This document shows, piece by piece, positions 10,483-20,086 of a stretch of DNA of 63,405 nt. The notes below the pieces were generated by a model that did no database searches, had not been told where the DNA came from, and was given only the letters and a program-made list of their open reading frames with translations. The stretch is from Bacillota bacterium. GTDB lineage: Bacteria > Bacillota > DTU065. The stretch covers positions 1 to 63,405 of the forward strand of contig JAQVYS010000004.1 in assembly GCA_028708605.1 (NCBI GenBank). The letters are read 5' to 3'. The stretch's first letter is position 1, and each line of letters starts with the position of its first letter. A program made the position numbers and the translations under genes.

Positions 10483-11760
10483 TTGAAAAGGAATATATGT
10501 CTAAGTCTGTTTTTAATTGTAGTTTTGTCTTTAACAGGTTTTGCCAAACCACTTGAATTATGGGTTGTAGGATGGTCTAATGAAATGGCTCGGATTGCTG
10601 AAGATCTGATCGCTACCGAGTACACACCTAAAACAGGTGTTGAGGTCAATATAACCCCTATTGGCTGGGGTGACGGCGACAAAATTACTCTTGCAATTAT
10701 ATCTAATGATGCTCCTGACATTGTTACCGGTGGCGTAGAACTTGGTATTAGAGGCGCAGTCATCGATCTTAGAAAAACCTTTGGCAATGAATTTGAAGAA
10801 TTAGAAGCATCACTTTTTCCTGCAATTACAAAGCAAACACATTTCGAAGGTACTAGATTTGCAATCCCTCAGAATATCAGCGTTATGAACGCTGCATACC
10901 GTACTGACATTTTAGCAGATATGGGTATGGAAATCCCAGTTACTTGGGATGATGTTCGTCAAATGAGGCCAAAACTTAATGCCAACGGTAGTGAAATGGC
11001 CTTCTTCTATGGTAGCCCTGACTACGATGCGCTTTGGGGAGCTTATACCTTAATTACCCAACATGGTGGTAACTTTTTTAAAACCGATGGATTTACATCC
11101 GCTATGGATCAGCCAGAATCCATTAGAGGTTTTACAGAGTATGTAGAACTCTATACAAAGCACAACATGCCACAATCTGTAACTGGCATCACCCAGTTTA
11201 GAAACGGTGAATTGACTATGATGATTGATGGCTACTGGATATATACAAATCTATTGCAAAGTGCCCCAGAGATCGCTGGCAAGTGGGAACCTGGATTGAT
11301 TCCAGGCACCAAAAGACCAGACGGTACAATAAACCACGGCACATTTACCGGTGGTTCTCATTGGGCTATCCCAACAACAACTAAGGACAAAGAGCAAGCA
11401 TGGAATTTCATGAAGTGGTTCTTATCGGACGACATCCAGAGAAGATACACCGACGCAGTTATCACAGGAATCCCTGGTTTTTTAATGGTTCCTACTTCAA
11501 TGGAAGCCCTTTACACGCTTGAAGGTTTACCAGAGAATATCGTAAAAGTTATTCATGCCCAAATCGACCAATCTATAGCTGTTCCATACGCTCCAACACA
11601 AGGTGTTCATTATCGTTTCATCAACTTTGCTATCCAATCCTGTCTACAACTAAACTCCGATCCTGAAACAGAAGCAATTAAATCTGCAGTTGAAATGAAC
11701 AAAGAAATGGATAGAAGAAAAATCGAGTACAAGCGTTTCTTGGATCAGTTACACAAATGA
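10483..11760 (+). CDS. ABC transporter solute-binding protein, family 1, orphan (SBP-C1, tandem paralogue 1 of 3)
   Basis: 425 aa. Long identical stretches with the next two ORFs (e.g. ITPIGWGDGDKITLAIISNDAPDIVTGGVELGIRGA, NISVMNAAYRTD, YTLITQHGGNFF). Has its own RBS (AAGGGGGG) and terminator. Confidence 0.85.
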   Translation: MKRNICLSLFLIVVLSLTGFAKPLELWVVGWSNEMARIAEDLIATEYTPKTGVEVNITPIGWGDGDKITLAIISNDAPDIVTGGVELGIRGAVIDLRKTFGNEFEELEASLFPAITKQTHFEGTRFAIPQNISVMNAAYRTDILADMGMEIPVTWDDVRQMRPKLNANGSEMAFFYGSPDYDALWGAYTLITQHGGNFFKTDGFTSAMDQPESIRGFTEYVELYTKHNMPQSVTGITQFRNGELTMMIDGYWIYTNLLQSAPEIAGKWEPGLIPGTKRPDGTINHGTFTGGSHWAIPTTTKDKEQAWNFMKWFLSDDIQRRYTDAVITGIPGFLMVPTSMEALYTLEGLPENIVKVIHAQIDQSIAVPYAPTQGVHYRFINFAIQSCLQLNSDPETEAIKSAVEMNKEMDRRKIEYKRFLDQLHK

Positions 11761-11764
11761 TTTA

Positions 11765-11796
11765 CAAAGCAGACCAAACATTAGGTCTGCTTTTTC
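11765..11796 (+). terminator. rho-independent terminator
   Basis: AGCAGACC-aaacatta-GGTCTGCT plus TTTTT. Confidence 0.75.
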
Positions 11797-11952
11797 TTTG
11801 AGTTTTGTAGGAAAGTAAAGAAAAGCAAGATTTGGAAGTACCTCCTTTATTCAGTAAAGCTGTAATTTTAATGAACTCTAACATTACACGAAAAGCAGGA
11901 TATTTTTACAGCTTATATAATAAAATAAAGGAAAGAAGGGGGGACATGTCCT

Positions 11953-13242
11953 ATGAAAAGGAATCTATGTATAAGTATGCTATTAATTGCAGCTTTATCT
12001 TTAACGGGTTTTGCTGAAATACTTGATGTTTGGATTGTCGGATGGACTAATGAGATGGCACGAATTGCAGAAGATCTTATTGCCTCTGATTATACTCCTA
12101 GAACAGGTGTTGAAGTTGATATCACCCCTATTGGCTGGGGCGATGGTGACAAGATTACGCTTGCGATTATATCTAACGATGCACCAGATATTGTCACCGG
12201 TGGCGTCGAACTTGGAATTAGAGGCGCACTTATTGATCTTAGGAAAACTTTCGGCGATGAATTTGATGAATTAGAAGCAACAATTTTCCCTGCGATTACA
12301 CAGCAATTGCATTTCGAAGGTACCAGATTTGCTATTTCACAAAATATTAGTGTTATGAACGCTGCCTACCGTACCGATGTTTTGGCAGAAATGGGTATGG
12401 AAGTTCCTGTAACCTGGGATGAGGTTAATCAAATGAGGCCAAAACTTAATGCTAACGGCAGAGAACTGGCCTTTCATTATGGTAGCCCTGACTACGATGC
12501 GCTTTGGGGAGCTTATACCTTAATTACCCAACACGGTGGAAACTTTTTTCAAAAAGATGGATTCACATCTGCTATGGATCAGCCAGAGTCTATTGAAGGG
12601 TTTACAAAGTATATAGAATTCTTTACAAAACACAATATGCCACAATCCACAACTGGTCTTACCCAATTTAGAAGTGGTGAGCTAGCTATGATGATTGATG
12701 GCTATTGGATGTACACTAATTTATTACAGAGTGCGCCTGAAATAGCTGGTAAGTGGCAAGCTGATCTAATTCCTGGCACCAAGAGACCAGATGGTACAAT
12801 AAACCATGGTACATTTACAGGTGGCACACACTTTGCTATCCCTACAACAACGAAGGACAAAGAGCGGGCTTGGGATTTCATTAAATGGTTTTTGTCTACC
12901 GACACCCAGAGGAAATTTACTGATGCAGTTATTACTGGAATCCCGGGATTTTTAATGGTTCCTAGTTCCATGGATGCACTTTACACTCTTGAGGGCTTAC
13001 CAGGAAATATCGCACAGGTAATCCATGCTCAGATTGAAGAGTCTACAGCTGTTCCATATGCTCCGACTGCTGGTGTTCTTTACAGATTTGTTAACTTTGC
13101 AATCCAATCGTGTATACAACTAGGTTCTGATCCTAAAGCAGAAGCAATCAATGCTGCACAAGAAATGAACAAAGAGATGGATAGAAGGAAAATTGAGTAC
13201 AAACGTTTCTTGGATCAGCTAGCAAAAGGAAACGCTCGATAA
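11953..13242 (+). CDS. ABC transporter solute-binding protein, family 1, orphan (SBP-C2)
   Basis: 429 aa, tandem paralogue. The same 5' leader (aaggggggacatgtcctATG) as SBP-C1. Confidence 0.85.
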   Translation: MKRNLCISMLLIAALSLTGFAEILDVWIVGWTNEMARIAEDLIASDYTPRTGVEVDITPIGWGDGDKITLAIISNDAPDIVTGGVELGIRGALIDLRKTFGDEFDELEATIFPAITQQLHFEGTRFAISQNISVMNAAYRTDVLAEMGMEVPVTWDEVNQMRPKLNANGRELAFHYGSPDYDALWGAYTLITQHGGNFFQKDGFTSAMDQPESIEGFTKYIEFFTKHNMPQSTTGLTQFRSGELAMMIDGYWMYTNLLQSAPEIAGKWQADLIPGTKRPDGTINHGTFTGGTHFAIPTTTKDKERAWDFIKWFLSTDTQRKFTDAVITGIPGFLMVPSSMDALYTLEGLPGNIAQVIHAQIEESTAVPYAPTAGVLYRFVNFAIQSCIQLGSDPKAEAINAAQEMNKEMDRRKIEYKRFLDQLAKGNAR

Positions 13243-13410
13243 CTAATACTGTCTAGGAAAACCGTTGCTGTTTTAGTAGCGGTTTTCCAAATGCTAGTAT
13301 TACAAATCCTGATGTCGCCTTCAAATTTACATGGCTACCTCCCTAAAAACGGTTTCTTTTAGAATTTCATTTAATATTCTAATATTGACTTAATCAAGGG
13401 GATGACCAGA

Positions 13411-14700
13411 ATGAAAAAAAGGCTTTGGTTAGGAATCCTAGTAGCTTTTGTTTTATCAGCTTTCAGTATTGCTAAAACGTTGGATGTCTGGATTGTTGGC
13501 TGGACCAACGAAATGACAAAAATTGCAGAAGACTTAATTGCAACAGAGTACACTTCCAAAACAGGCGTTAAAGTCAACATAACTCCAATCGGCTGGGCTG
13601 ATGGAAACAAGATTACTCTAGCGATTATATCTAATGACGCACCAGACATTGTTAGTGCTGGTGTAGAACTTGGAATTCGAGGTTCTCTTATCGATTTAAG
13701 AAAAACCTTTGGTAATGAATTCGAAGAATTGGAGTCAACACTTTTCCCAGCAATTACAAAGCAGTTGCATTTCGAAGGTACTAGATTCGCAATCCCTCAA
13801 AATATCAGTGTCATGAATGCTGCTTACCGTACTGATATTTTAGCGGAGATGGGTCTAGAAATCCCTGTAACTTGGAACGAAGTCTATCTAATTAGACCAA
13901 AACTTAATGCTAATGGCAGAGAAATGGCTTTCCATTATGGCAGTCCCGATTATTCATCAATATGGGGAGCTTACACCTTAATTACTCAACACGGTGGAAA
14001 CTTCTATAAAACAGATGGATTTACATCTGCTATGGATGAGCCAGAATCTATTAGAGGTTTTACAGAATATGTAGAACTCTATACTAAACATAAGATGCCC
14101 CTTTCTGTAACAGGTATTACCCAGTTTAGAAGTGGCGAGTTAGCTATGATGATTGATGGCTACTGGATGTACACTAATTTGTTGCAGAGTGCTCCAGAAA
14201 TAGCTGGCAAATGGGAAGCAGGATTGATTCCAGGCACTAAAAGGCTTGACGGAACAGTAAATCATGGTACATTTACCGGCGGTACACACTTTGCCATACC
14301 AACTACAACTAAAAACAAACAACAGGCTTGGGATTTTATTAAATGGTTCTTATCTAGTGAGATCCAAAGAAAATATGTCGACTTAATTATTAACCGAATC
14401 CCTGGTTCTTTAATGGTTCCTACTTCTATGGCTGCTCTTTACAATCTCGAAGGCTTACCTGGAAATATCGCACAGGTCATCCATGCTCAGGTTGATGAAT
14501 CAGTCCCAGTTCCATATGCGCCAACACAAAGTGTTCTTCATAGATTTGTTGCATTTGCAATCCAATCTTGCATTCAACTAGGTTCTGACCCAGAAGCAGA
14601 AGCAAAAAATGCAGCAATTGAAATGAACAAAGAAATGGACAGAAGAAAGATCGAGTATAAACGTTTCTTAGATCAACTAGCAAAAGAAAGTACCATATGA
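13411..14700 (+). CDS. ABC transporter solute-binding protein, family 1, orphan (SBP-C3)
   Basis: Track ORF is 13402..14700. The second ATG (13411) has better spacing from AAGGGGA. Tandem paralogue ending EMDRRKIEYKRFLDQLAK. Confidence 0.85.
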   Translation: MKKRLWLGILVAFVLSAFSIAKTLDVWIVGWTNEMTKIAEDLIATEYTSKTGVKVNITPIGWADGNKITLAIISNDAPDIVSAGVELGIRGSLIDLRKTFGNEFEELESTLFPAITKQLHFEGTRFAIPQNISVMNAAYRTDILAEMGLEIPVTWNEVYLIRPKLNANGREMAFHYGSPDYSSIWGAYTLITQHGGNFYKTDGFTSAMDEPESIRGFTEYVELYTKHKMPLSVTGITQFRSGELAMMIDGYWMYTNLLQSAPEIAGKWEAGLIPGTKRLDGTVNHGTFTGGTHFAIPTTTKNKQQAWDFIKWFLSSEIQRKYVDLIINRIPGSLMVPTSMAALYNLEGLPGNIAQVIHAQVDESVPVPYAPTQSVLHRFVAFAIQSCIQLGSDPEAEAKNAAIEMNKEMDRRKIEYKRFLDQLAKESTI

Positions 14701-15246
14701 GTCGTAGATATATAACCATTACTAAAAGGCGATGAATCTGAGGATCTTTAGTTTTTTAACCACTCGTCATAGTCGGTAGATTAAGTTGCTCTTCCGTTAT
14801 GTTAAAAAGCAATTTGAAACAGATTTTGTCCTAGTTTTCGTGGCAAGGTAGGAACATAAATATATGAATCTCGAAATCAAACCTCTCATTCCTAATCTAG
14901 CTACCGAAGTGTTCCCTTTTTTTTACCAACCGAGTATTTACAGATAATTCGCCAATGCGATTATACTACTGTAGTGCGTTTCCTATGCCTGAAGCGTAGG
15001 ACAAAACCAGCTTTTTGATTAGGTTCAAGAGAACGGTGGAAGTAAAGAAGGCTTTAAGCGTTCGTTGCGCAAGAAGGCAGAACAACAGATTAAATCTGGC
15101 ATCCTGAAAAGCTATTTAGGCTTTGCAAGCGTTATTGCCAAGGCTGTTGTTCTGTAAAAGACAAAAAGGTGTGAAGGCCGAAGTAAAACTAATAGTTTCA
15201 ATAAAATAGCTTAGTAGCAAGTGTTCTGTTCAAAATACTCAGCAAA

Positions 15247-15282
15247 GAAAAAAGGCTTCCGAAGTACACAAAATCGGAAGCC
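15247..15282 (-). terminator. intrinsic terminator downstream of ssrA
   Basis: Minus strand reads GGCTTCCGA-ttttgtgtact-TCGGAAGCC followed by TTTTTTC, ~85 nt after the tmRNA 3' end. Confidence 0.6.
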
Positions 15283-15367
15283 CATTATTTTTCGCTATTT
15301 TGCAGTATAGTACAACAAAGGCCAATCCTTAAACGGAATGACCTATTATATAAAACAAAACTTTATT

Positions 15368-15727
15368 TGGTGGAGGCGGTGGGTGTCGAACCCACGTCCG
15401 AAAAGACGACCATAGTCCCGTCTACGAGCGTAGTCTGATTACTTAGTTTTCGCTTGAAAGAACGCCATCAGACAGGCTTCTTTCTCACTACACTTCTATA
15501 GTCTTTCGTTTTCGCCTAGAAGTAATGGCTAAACGGCAACCCGCTAATTTGATGCCCAAAAGATAGCCGCAGGTTTACTATCTAAGGACAGCTACTTTTA
15601 ATTAAGCAGCGTAAGCTAAATTATCGTTTGCGTTTATTATACGCTTCCGCCTTTTTATCGAGGTTTGCGGAGAACTCGGCTCGCTGTGACTAACATCATA
15701 ACTCCCCGTCGAAGCCAAATCGCCCCC
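15368..15727 (-). ncRNA. ssrA: tmRNA (SsrA)
   Basis: Minus strand starts GGGGGCGATTTGGCTTCGACGGGG and ends GGACGTGGGTTCGACACCCACCGCCTCCACCA. The acceptor stem GGGGGCG/CGCCTCC has G3:U. Tag ORF GCA AAC GAT AAT TTA GCT TAC GCT GCT TAA encodes ANDNLAYAA* (15631..15602). Confidence 0.95.
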
Positions 15728-15763
15728 GTGCAATAACTATACTAAAGGTTTTTGTTCCTAATG

Positions 15764-16228
15764 TCAATAAGTGTTCCTTTCCTTGAGCGCCCGTTCAGCT
15801 TGCCTTCTTGCATCTCTTTTAGCTATATCATCTCTTTTATCATAGAGCTTTTTACCCTTTGCTAAAGCTATAACCACTTTTGCCCAATTGCGCTCATTAA
15901 AATAAATCTCTAACGGAATTAACGTATAACCTTCTTGTTGGGTTTTACCTATCAATGATTTAATTTGTTTTTTATTTAAGAGAACTTTTCTTGGTCTGAC
16001 AGGATCGTGGTTATAGATGTTGCCTTGTTCGTGAGGGCTGATATGCATATTGTAGATATAGATTTCGCCTCCACTAAAAGCAGCATAAGCATCTTGCAAG
16101 TTGCACCTCCCGAGCCGTAAAGACTTTACTTCCGTTCCTTGCAAAACAAGACCTGCCTCATAGGTATCCTCAATATGGTATTCATGTCTAGCTTTTCGGT
16201 TTTGGGCAATTTTTTTAATTTCACGCAT
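15764..16228 (-). CDS. smpB: SsrA-binding protein SmpB
   Basis: 154 aa: IAQNRKARHEYHIEDTYEAGLVLQGTEVKSLR. Adjacent to ssrA. Confidence 0.95.
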   Translation of the reverse strand: MREIKKIAQNRKARHEYHIEDTYEAGLVLQGTEVKSLRLGRCNLQDAYAAFSGGEIYIYNMHISPHEQGNIYNHDPVRPRKVLLNKKQIKSLIGKTQQEGYTLIPLEIYFNERNWAKVVIALAKGKKLYDKRDDIAKRDARRQAERALKERNTY

Positions 16229-16267
16229 ATCAAAAGCACCTCCTTTAGTGGAATAATGGTGAGAAGA

Positions 16268-17734
16268 CTACTTCTTCTCACCATTACTATATTCCAACGC
16301 AAATGAAGTAGAAGATATGGTATCTCCCATACCTACAGTACTTACAGGATTAGGTATTACATGGGCTGGCACTACTAATAGATAGTGGTCATCCCCTTCA
16401 TATATGCCTGTTTCTAAGAACTCACTAGGTAAGTCCATTTCTTCTTTAATTCCTAGAAGCTGTTTAAAACCGATCTCAGACAAGGGGATATTTCCTGCCT
16501 CAGGCAGCTTTTTAGACTCTGCAAATCCTCCATACTTTGCTTTTAAGGCATTGACTGAGGAAGCGTAGAGACAAGCTTCTAAGCATCTCTGTGGTGATAT
16601 ATGATAACTTTTTGAAATAATAACGACATAATACCCTAGGTTGTGAACATGGAGCCTTTTTAAGTTCATTTTCCTAAATATTGGTAGAGCAGCTTTATAA
16701 AGTGTATAGGCTCTCTCCGATTTCTCAAGGGCATGCTTTTCTTCTTGGAAATTAAAATCATCAAGAACAAGCTTGAGCTCATTTTCATTAATACCAAAGC
16801 TTTCAATGGTGTTACCTATTTCAGCTAAGGTTTTAGCCTCCAAATTTCTAGCTTTCATTGGAACGTATTCGTAGTGAAAGGCTAGGTTAGGGTTTTTACT
16901 ACGCATCAATTCAATCTCTTTAAGAGCCTTATCTAAGAATTCTTGGTAAGAGCGTCCATCAGGATTTTCTTCTTCGATATAATGGTACCCTGCCATAAAA
17001 GCCAAGTCTATTTGCTTGCCTAGTTCAGGAAGATGCTCCATCATCTCATCTGAAAAAGACATAATGGCATTTTTCGGTCTTGTTGCTAAGATGACACGAT
17101 TTGCACGAGGAGTAGTAACTGTAAAACCTCCTAGGTTAACAGTAACTCCTTTGCCATATTCAAAGATCCAGTTAATCTTACATTGATCCGACTGTCTTGC
17201 TGCTCTTTTTACAGAGTCAATCACCAGTTTATTACCTTTTATAGTCGGTACTAATACTTCATCTTTAAAAAGAGCTGCTTGCTGTGGAGGCATAAGCCTT
17301 GAATAAACAACGGCTTGAGTGCCTAAAGAGCTGATCTGGTTTGCAACAATACCTGCTTGCCCTCCAAGGATCTCTTTGGCATCAGGAAATGACTTACAGA
17401 GCCAATCTAAGAGATCATCTGAATTTGTAAGGGTATAAAGAGATTTTCCTTTTTCCATCGCACCAAGCAAGGTACTTAAAAATTCTTCTGGAGTCTTGAT
17501 TAAATCCGCTTGCCTAGAAAAGTCTTCTTCCAGTCCAGAACTAATAATATTAGGATTATTAGCGAGTACTCTATTAAGGTTTTCGTTGTTTACATGAACA
17601 ACTACATCAACGTTGGTATTAAAAGCCGTAAAAACACGACTATTTATCTTTTGAGATGCTGCCTTTTGGACTCTTTCTGCCCAGCTAGCATACACTTTCT
17701 GAATTTGAGGTTCTTCCATATTGCATTCCTCCAT
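16268..17734 (-). CDS. ADP-dependent sugar kinase family protein (ADP-glucokinase/phosphofructokinase type)
   Basis: 488 aa. All family blocks are readable: FTAFNTNVDVV (NxNxD), LGGQAGIVANQ (GGQAGIMAN), SFGINENEL (NExE), LHVHNLGYYV (HTHxYY-like) and C-terminal TVGMGDTISSTSF (GxGDxIS). Confidence 0.75.
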   Translation of the reverse strand: MEECNMEEPQIQKVYASWAERVQKAASQKINSRVFTAFNTNVDVVVHVNNENLNRVLANNPNIISSGLEEDFSRQADLIKTPEEFLSTLLGAMEKGKSLYTLTNSDDLLDWLCKSFPDAKEILGGQAGIVANQISSLGTQAVVYSRLMPPQQAALFKDEVLVPTIKGNKLVIDSVKRAARQSDQCKINWIFEYGKGVTVNLGGFTVTTPRANRVILATRPKNAIMSFSDEMMEHLPELGKQIDLAFMAGYHYIEEENPDGRSYQEFLDKALKEIELMRSKNPNLAFHYEYVPMKARNLEAKTLAEIGNTIESFGINENELKLVLDDFNFQEEKHALEKSERAYTLYKAALPIFRKMNLKRLHVHNLGYYVVIISKSYHISPQRCLEACLYASSVNALKAKYGGFAESKKLPEAGNIPLSEIGFKQLLGIKEEMDLPSEFLETGIYEGDDHYLLVVPAHVIPNPVSTVGMGDTISSTSFALEYSNGEKK

Positions 17735-17878
17735 CTTCAGCCTAGCAAGGACTAAATATCTGCAGATAGTCTGCTAATTAGCTATGCTTAGTATACTATA
17801 TTCAAACAAACTATGTGAGAACAATACGTCAAAATAAAGGTTTTTATCAATAAAGACCAGGTTATTATTAAAAATAAA

Positions 17879-18925
17879 TTATAAAGCCTTAATAATAGCT
17901 TTCGTCATCTGTGATGTAGTGACTCCCTCGGGGTTAAGGTCTTTAGTTACAAATTTCCCGTCTGCTAAAACTGTTTCAATAGCTTTAGTTATATTGCTGG
18001 CGATTTGTTTTTCGCCAAGATACTCAAGCATCATATTAGCAGAGAGCAAAAGGCCTAGAGGATTAGCAAGATCCTTGCCAGCAATATCTGGTGCAGAACC
18101 GTGTGTGGCTTCAAAGATAGCCATATTATCGCCAATATTAGCTCCTGGAGCTACACCTAACCCACCAACTAATCCTGCGACTAAATCAGATAGCAGATCC
18201 CCATAAAGGTTTGACATAACTAAGACATCGAAATGCTCTGGATTTTGTACTAGTTTCATGCAGAGTGCATCGACCAGAACTTCATGATATTCGATCTCAG
18301 GATATTCTTTGGCTACCTTTCTTAATGAGTCATAAAACAGTCCATCTGTGAATTTCATTATATTCGCTTTAGCACTTGCTGTGACTTTTTTTCTACCATG
18401 TTTTTTTGCGTATTCAAAAGCATATCTGCCAATTTTCTCTGAGGCTCTAGCAGTAATTGCTTTGATCGATATCGCCGAATCAAGAGAGACTGAGCCATTA
18501 CTCAGCTTACTTATCACTCTAGCTTCCTCTGAGTTTGCCTCAAACTCCACACCTTTATATAAATCTTCAGTATTTTCTCGAACAACTACAATATCAACAT
18601 TCTCATATCTAGAATTAATTCCAAGCATGCTTTTGTAAGGACGCACACAGGCATAGAGATTAAACTTTTGTCTTAAGCTGACGTTAATGCTTCGAAATCC
18701 TTTGCCAATAGGAGTTGTGATTGGACCTTTTAGCCCTATTTTGTTTTTCTCTAGAGACTGAAGTGTTTTAAGGGGTAAGAGATCTCCCTCAGTTTTAAGA
18801 GCTGTCTCACCAGCTTGTGCCTCTTCAAATTCAATTGGAGCCCTTGCGCTAGATAGTATCTCTTTAACCGATTCTGTAATTTCTGGCCCAATGCCGTCTC
18901 CAGGTATTAGTGTTACAAGACGCAC
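17879..18925 (-). CDS. isocitrate/isopropylmalate dehydrogenase family, NAD-IDH-like
   Basis: 348 aa: [38 protein letters not shown]. Confidence 0.7.
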   Translation of the reverse strand: MRLVTLIPGDGIGPEITESVKEILSSARAPIEFEEAQAGETALKTEGDLLPLKTLQSLEKNKIGLKGPITTPIGKGFRSINVSLRQKFNLYACVRPYKSMLGINSRYENVDIVVVRENTEDLYKGVEFEANSEEARVISKLSNGSVSLDSAISIKAITARASEKIGRYAFEYAKKHGRKKVTASAKANIMKFTDGLFYDSLRKVAKEYPEIEYHEVLVDALCMKLVQNPEHFDVLVMSNLYGDLLSDLVAGLVGGLGVAPGANIGDNMAIFEATHGSAPDIAGKDLANPLGLLLSANMMLEYLGEKQIASNITKAIETVLADGKFVTKDLNPEGVTTSQMTKAIIKAL

Positions 18926-18952
18926 TAAACTACCCCCTTCTATTTGAGTTTC

Positions 18953-19459
18953 TTAAAGATCCTTACATTCTTTATCCAAAAAACGCAATCTCTTTAATGC
19001 GTAGATTAGAGGTAGCGCTATGACTGTGCTACCAAATCCCTGAACAAGATTTGCAACCATGTCAGCTGCAGATACCGCCCAGCCATACATAATAGCCCCT
19101 GCAAAGAGGTAGCCAAAAGCCATTACCAATGCTCCACACACTAGTCCACATACTATTCTAAAATGATTTGGAGATTTTTTGCCTTTAGCAAGAATTAAGC
19201 CGACTATTAGTCCTTCTAAACCTTTGATAATAAAAGTAGCTGGGGCCCAGTATGCATATCCTGTTAGTACATCAGCAAGAGCAGATCCTAAAGATCCTAC
19301 GAAAAGACCAAATCTAGCACCGAACAAAACAGCCAAAACCATAATAACGCTGTCACCTAGATTAAGATATCCTTTGGTTGCTGGTATAGGTATCTGAACC
19401 AGCATCGTTGCAATGCAAACTAATGCAATACCAAGGCCTACATAACTAATACGTTTCAT
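18953..19459 (-). CDS. ECF-transporter S component (substrate not assignable)
   Basis: 168 aa, ~5-6 TM segments. GYLNLGDSVIM...GSALADVLTGY pattern is typical of solitary ECF S units. Confidence 0.55.
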   Translation of the reverse strand: MKRISYVGLGIALVCIATMLVQIPIPATKGYLNLGDSVIMVLAVLFGARFGLFVGSLGSALADVLTGYAYWAPATFIIKGLEGLIVGLILAKGKKSPNHFRIVCGLVCGALVMAFGYLFAGAIMYGWAVSAADMVANLVQGFGSTVIALPLIYALKRLRFLDKECKDL

Positions 19460-19485
19460 TATATTACTCCTTCTTGAGACAGAGC

Positions 19486-20070
19486 CTAGTGCTTTTCCAA
19501 AAAAGGCGCGGTTCCCATGCTCTTCGCAATATATGTCTGGATAGCATTTTCTTCTATAACTTGAAGCCTAAAAACACACTCTTCGAGGTCCTCTCCCCAT
19601 ACCACTACCCCATGATTTTTAAGGACAATAACCTGAGCTGTAGTATTACTGACTAGATCAGCAAGATCCTTTGACCCAGGTGAAACAGCCGGAATGTAGT
19701 CTATTGACTCACAAAATACAGCAGCTTCATAGGTAAGTGGTTTTATTTCCATGATTGTCCCTATTATTGTAGCATATAGTGGATGGGCATGAACAATTGC
19801 CTGACAGTTGGAGTTTCCTCTGTAGATACCTAAATGCATCGATGCTTCCATTGAGGGCATTTTACTATTATCACTTAATGACTTGCCCTTAGAATCTATT
19901 TCAATTATATCTCCAGAGTTTAACTTATTTAAAGGCTCTCCAGAAGGTGTAATGAAAATGCTATCTAGGCCTGCTCTTACCGAGATATTTCCCGAATTGG
20001 CTCTTACAAGGCCAAGCTCAACTAGCTCCTTGCCACAACTGACAATAGCGTTTCTTTTAGCCATTTTCAA
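19486..20070 (-). CDS. class II aldolase/adducin-domain protein
   Basis: 194 aa: GNISVR, SMHLGIY, VHAHPLYAT (His metal ligands). Confidence 0.7.
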   Translation of the reverse strand: MKMAKRNAIVSCGKELVELGLVRANSGNISVRAGLDSIFITPSGEPLNKLNSGDIIEIDSKGKSLSDNSKMPSMEASMHLGIYRGNSNCQAIVHAHPLYATIIGTIMEIKPLTYEAAVFCESIDYIPAVSPGSKDLADLVSNTTAQVIVLKNHGVVVWGEDLEECVFRLQVIEENAIQTYIAKSMGTAPFLEKH

Positions 20071-20086
20071 ACACCTTCTCCTAAAG

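Noticed and set aside
13256-13288. Hairpin GGAAAACCG-(15 nt)-CGGTTTTCC after SBP-C2 as a terminator.
   Set aside because: There is no U-tract on either strand and the loop is large. It may still be structural, but it is not called as an intrinsic terminator.
8299-13649. Antisense ORFs 8299..8667, 10422..10787 and 13371..13649. The last two even resemble each other (MSGASLDIIARVIL...).
   Set aside because: They overlap the 5' ends of the SBP genes. Their mutual similarity is just the mirror image of SBP paralogy. They have no RBS, and the SBP frames carry the recognisable motifs.
14701-15367. ssrA-linked genomic island delimited by a repeat of the tmRNA 3' end.
   Set aside because: There is no integrase gene, and by eye I found no direct repeat of the ssrA 3' terminus in the window. 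It is kept only as a low-interest note.
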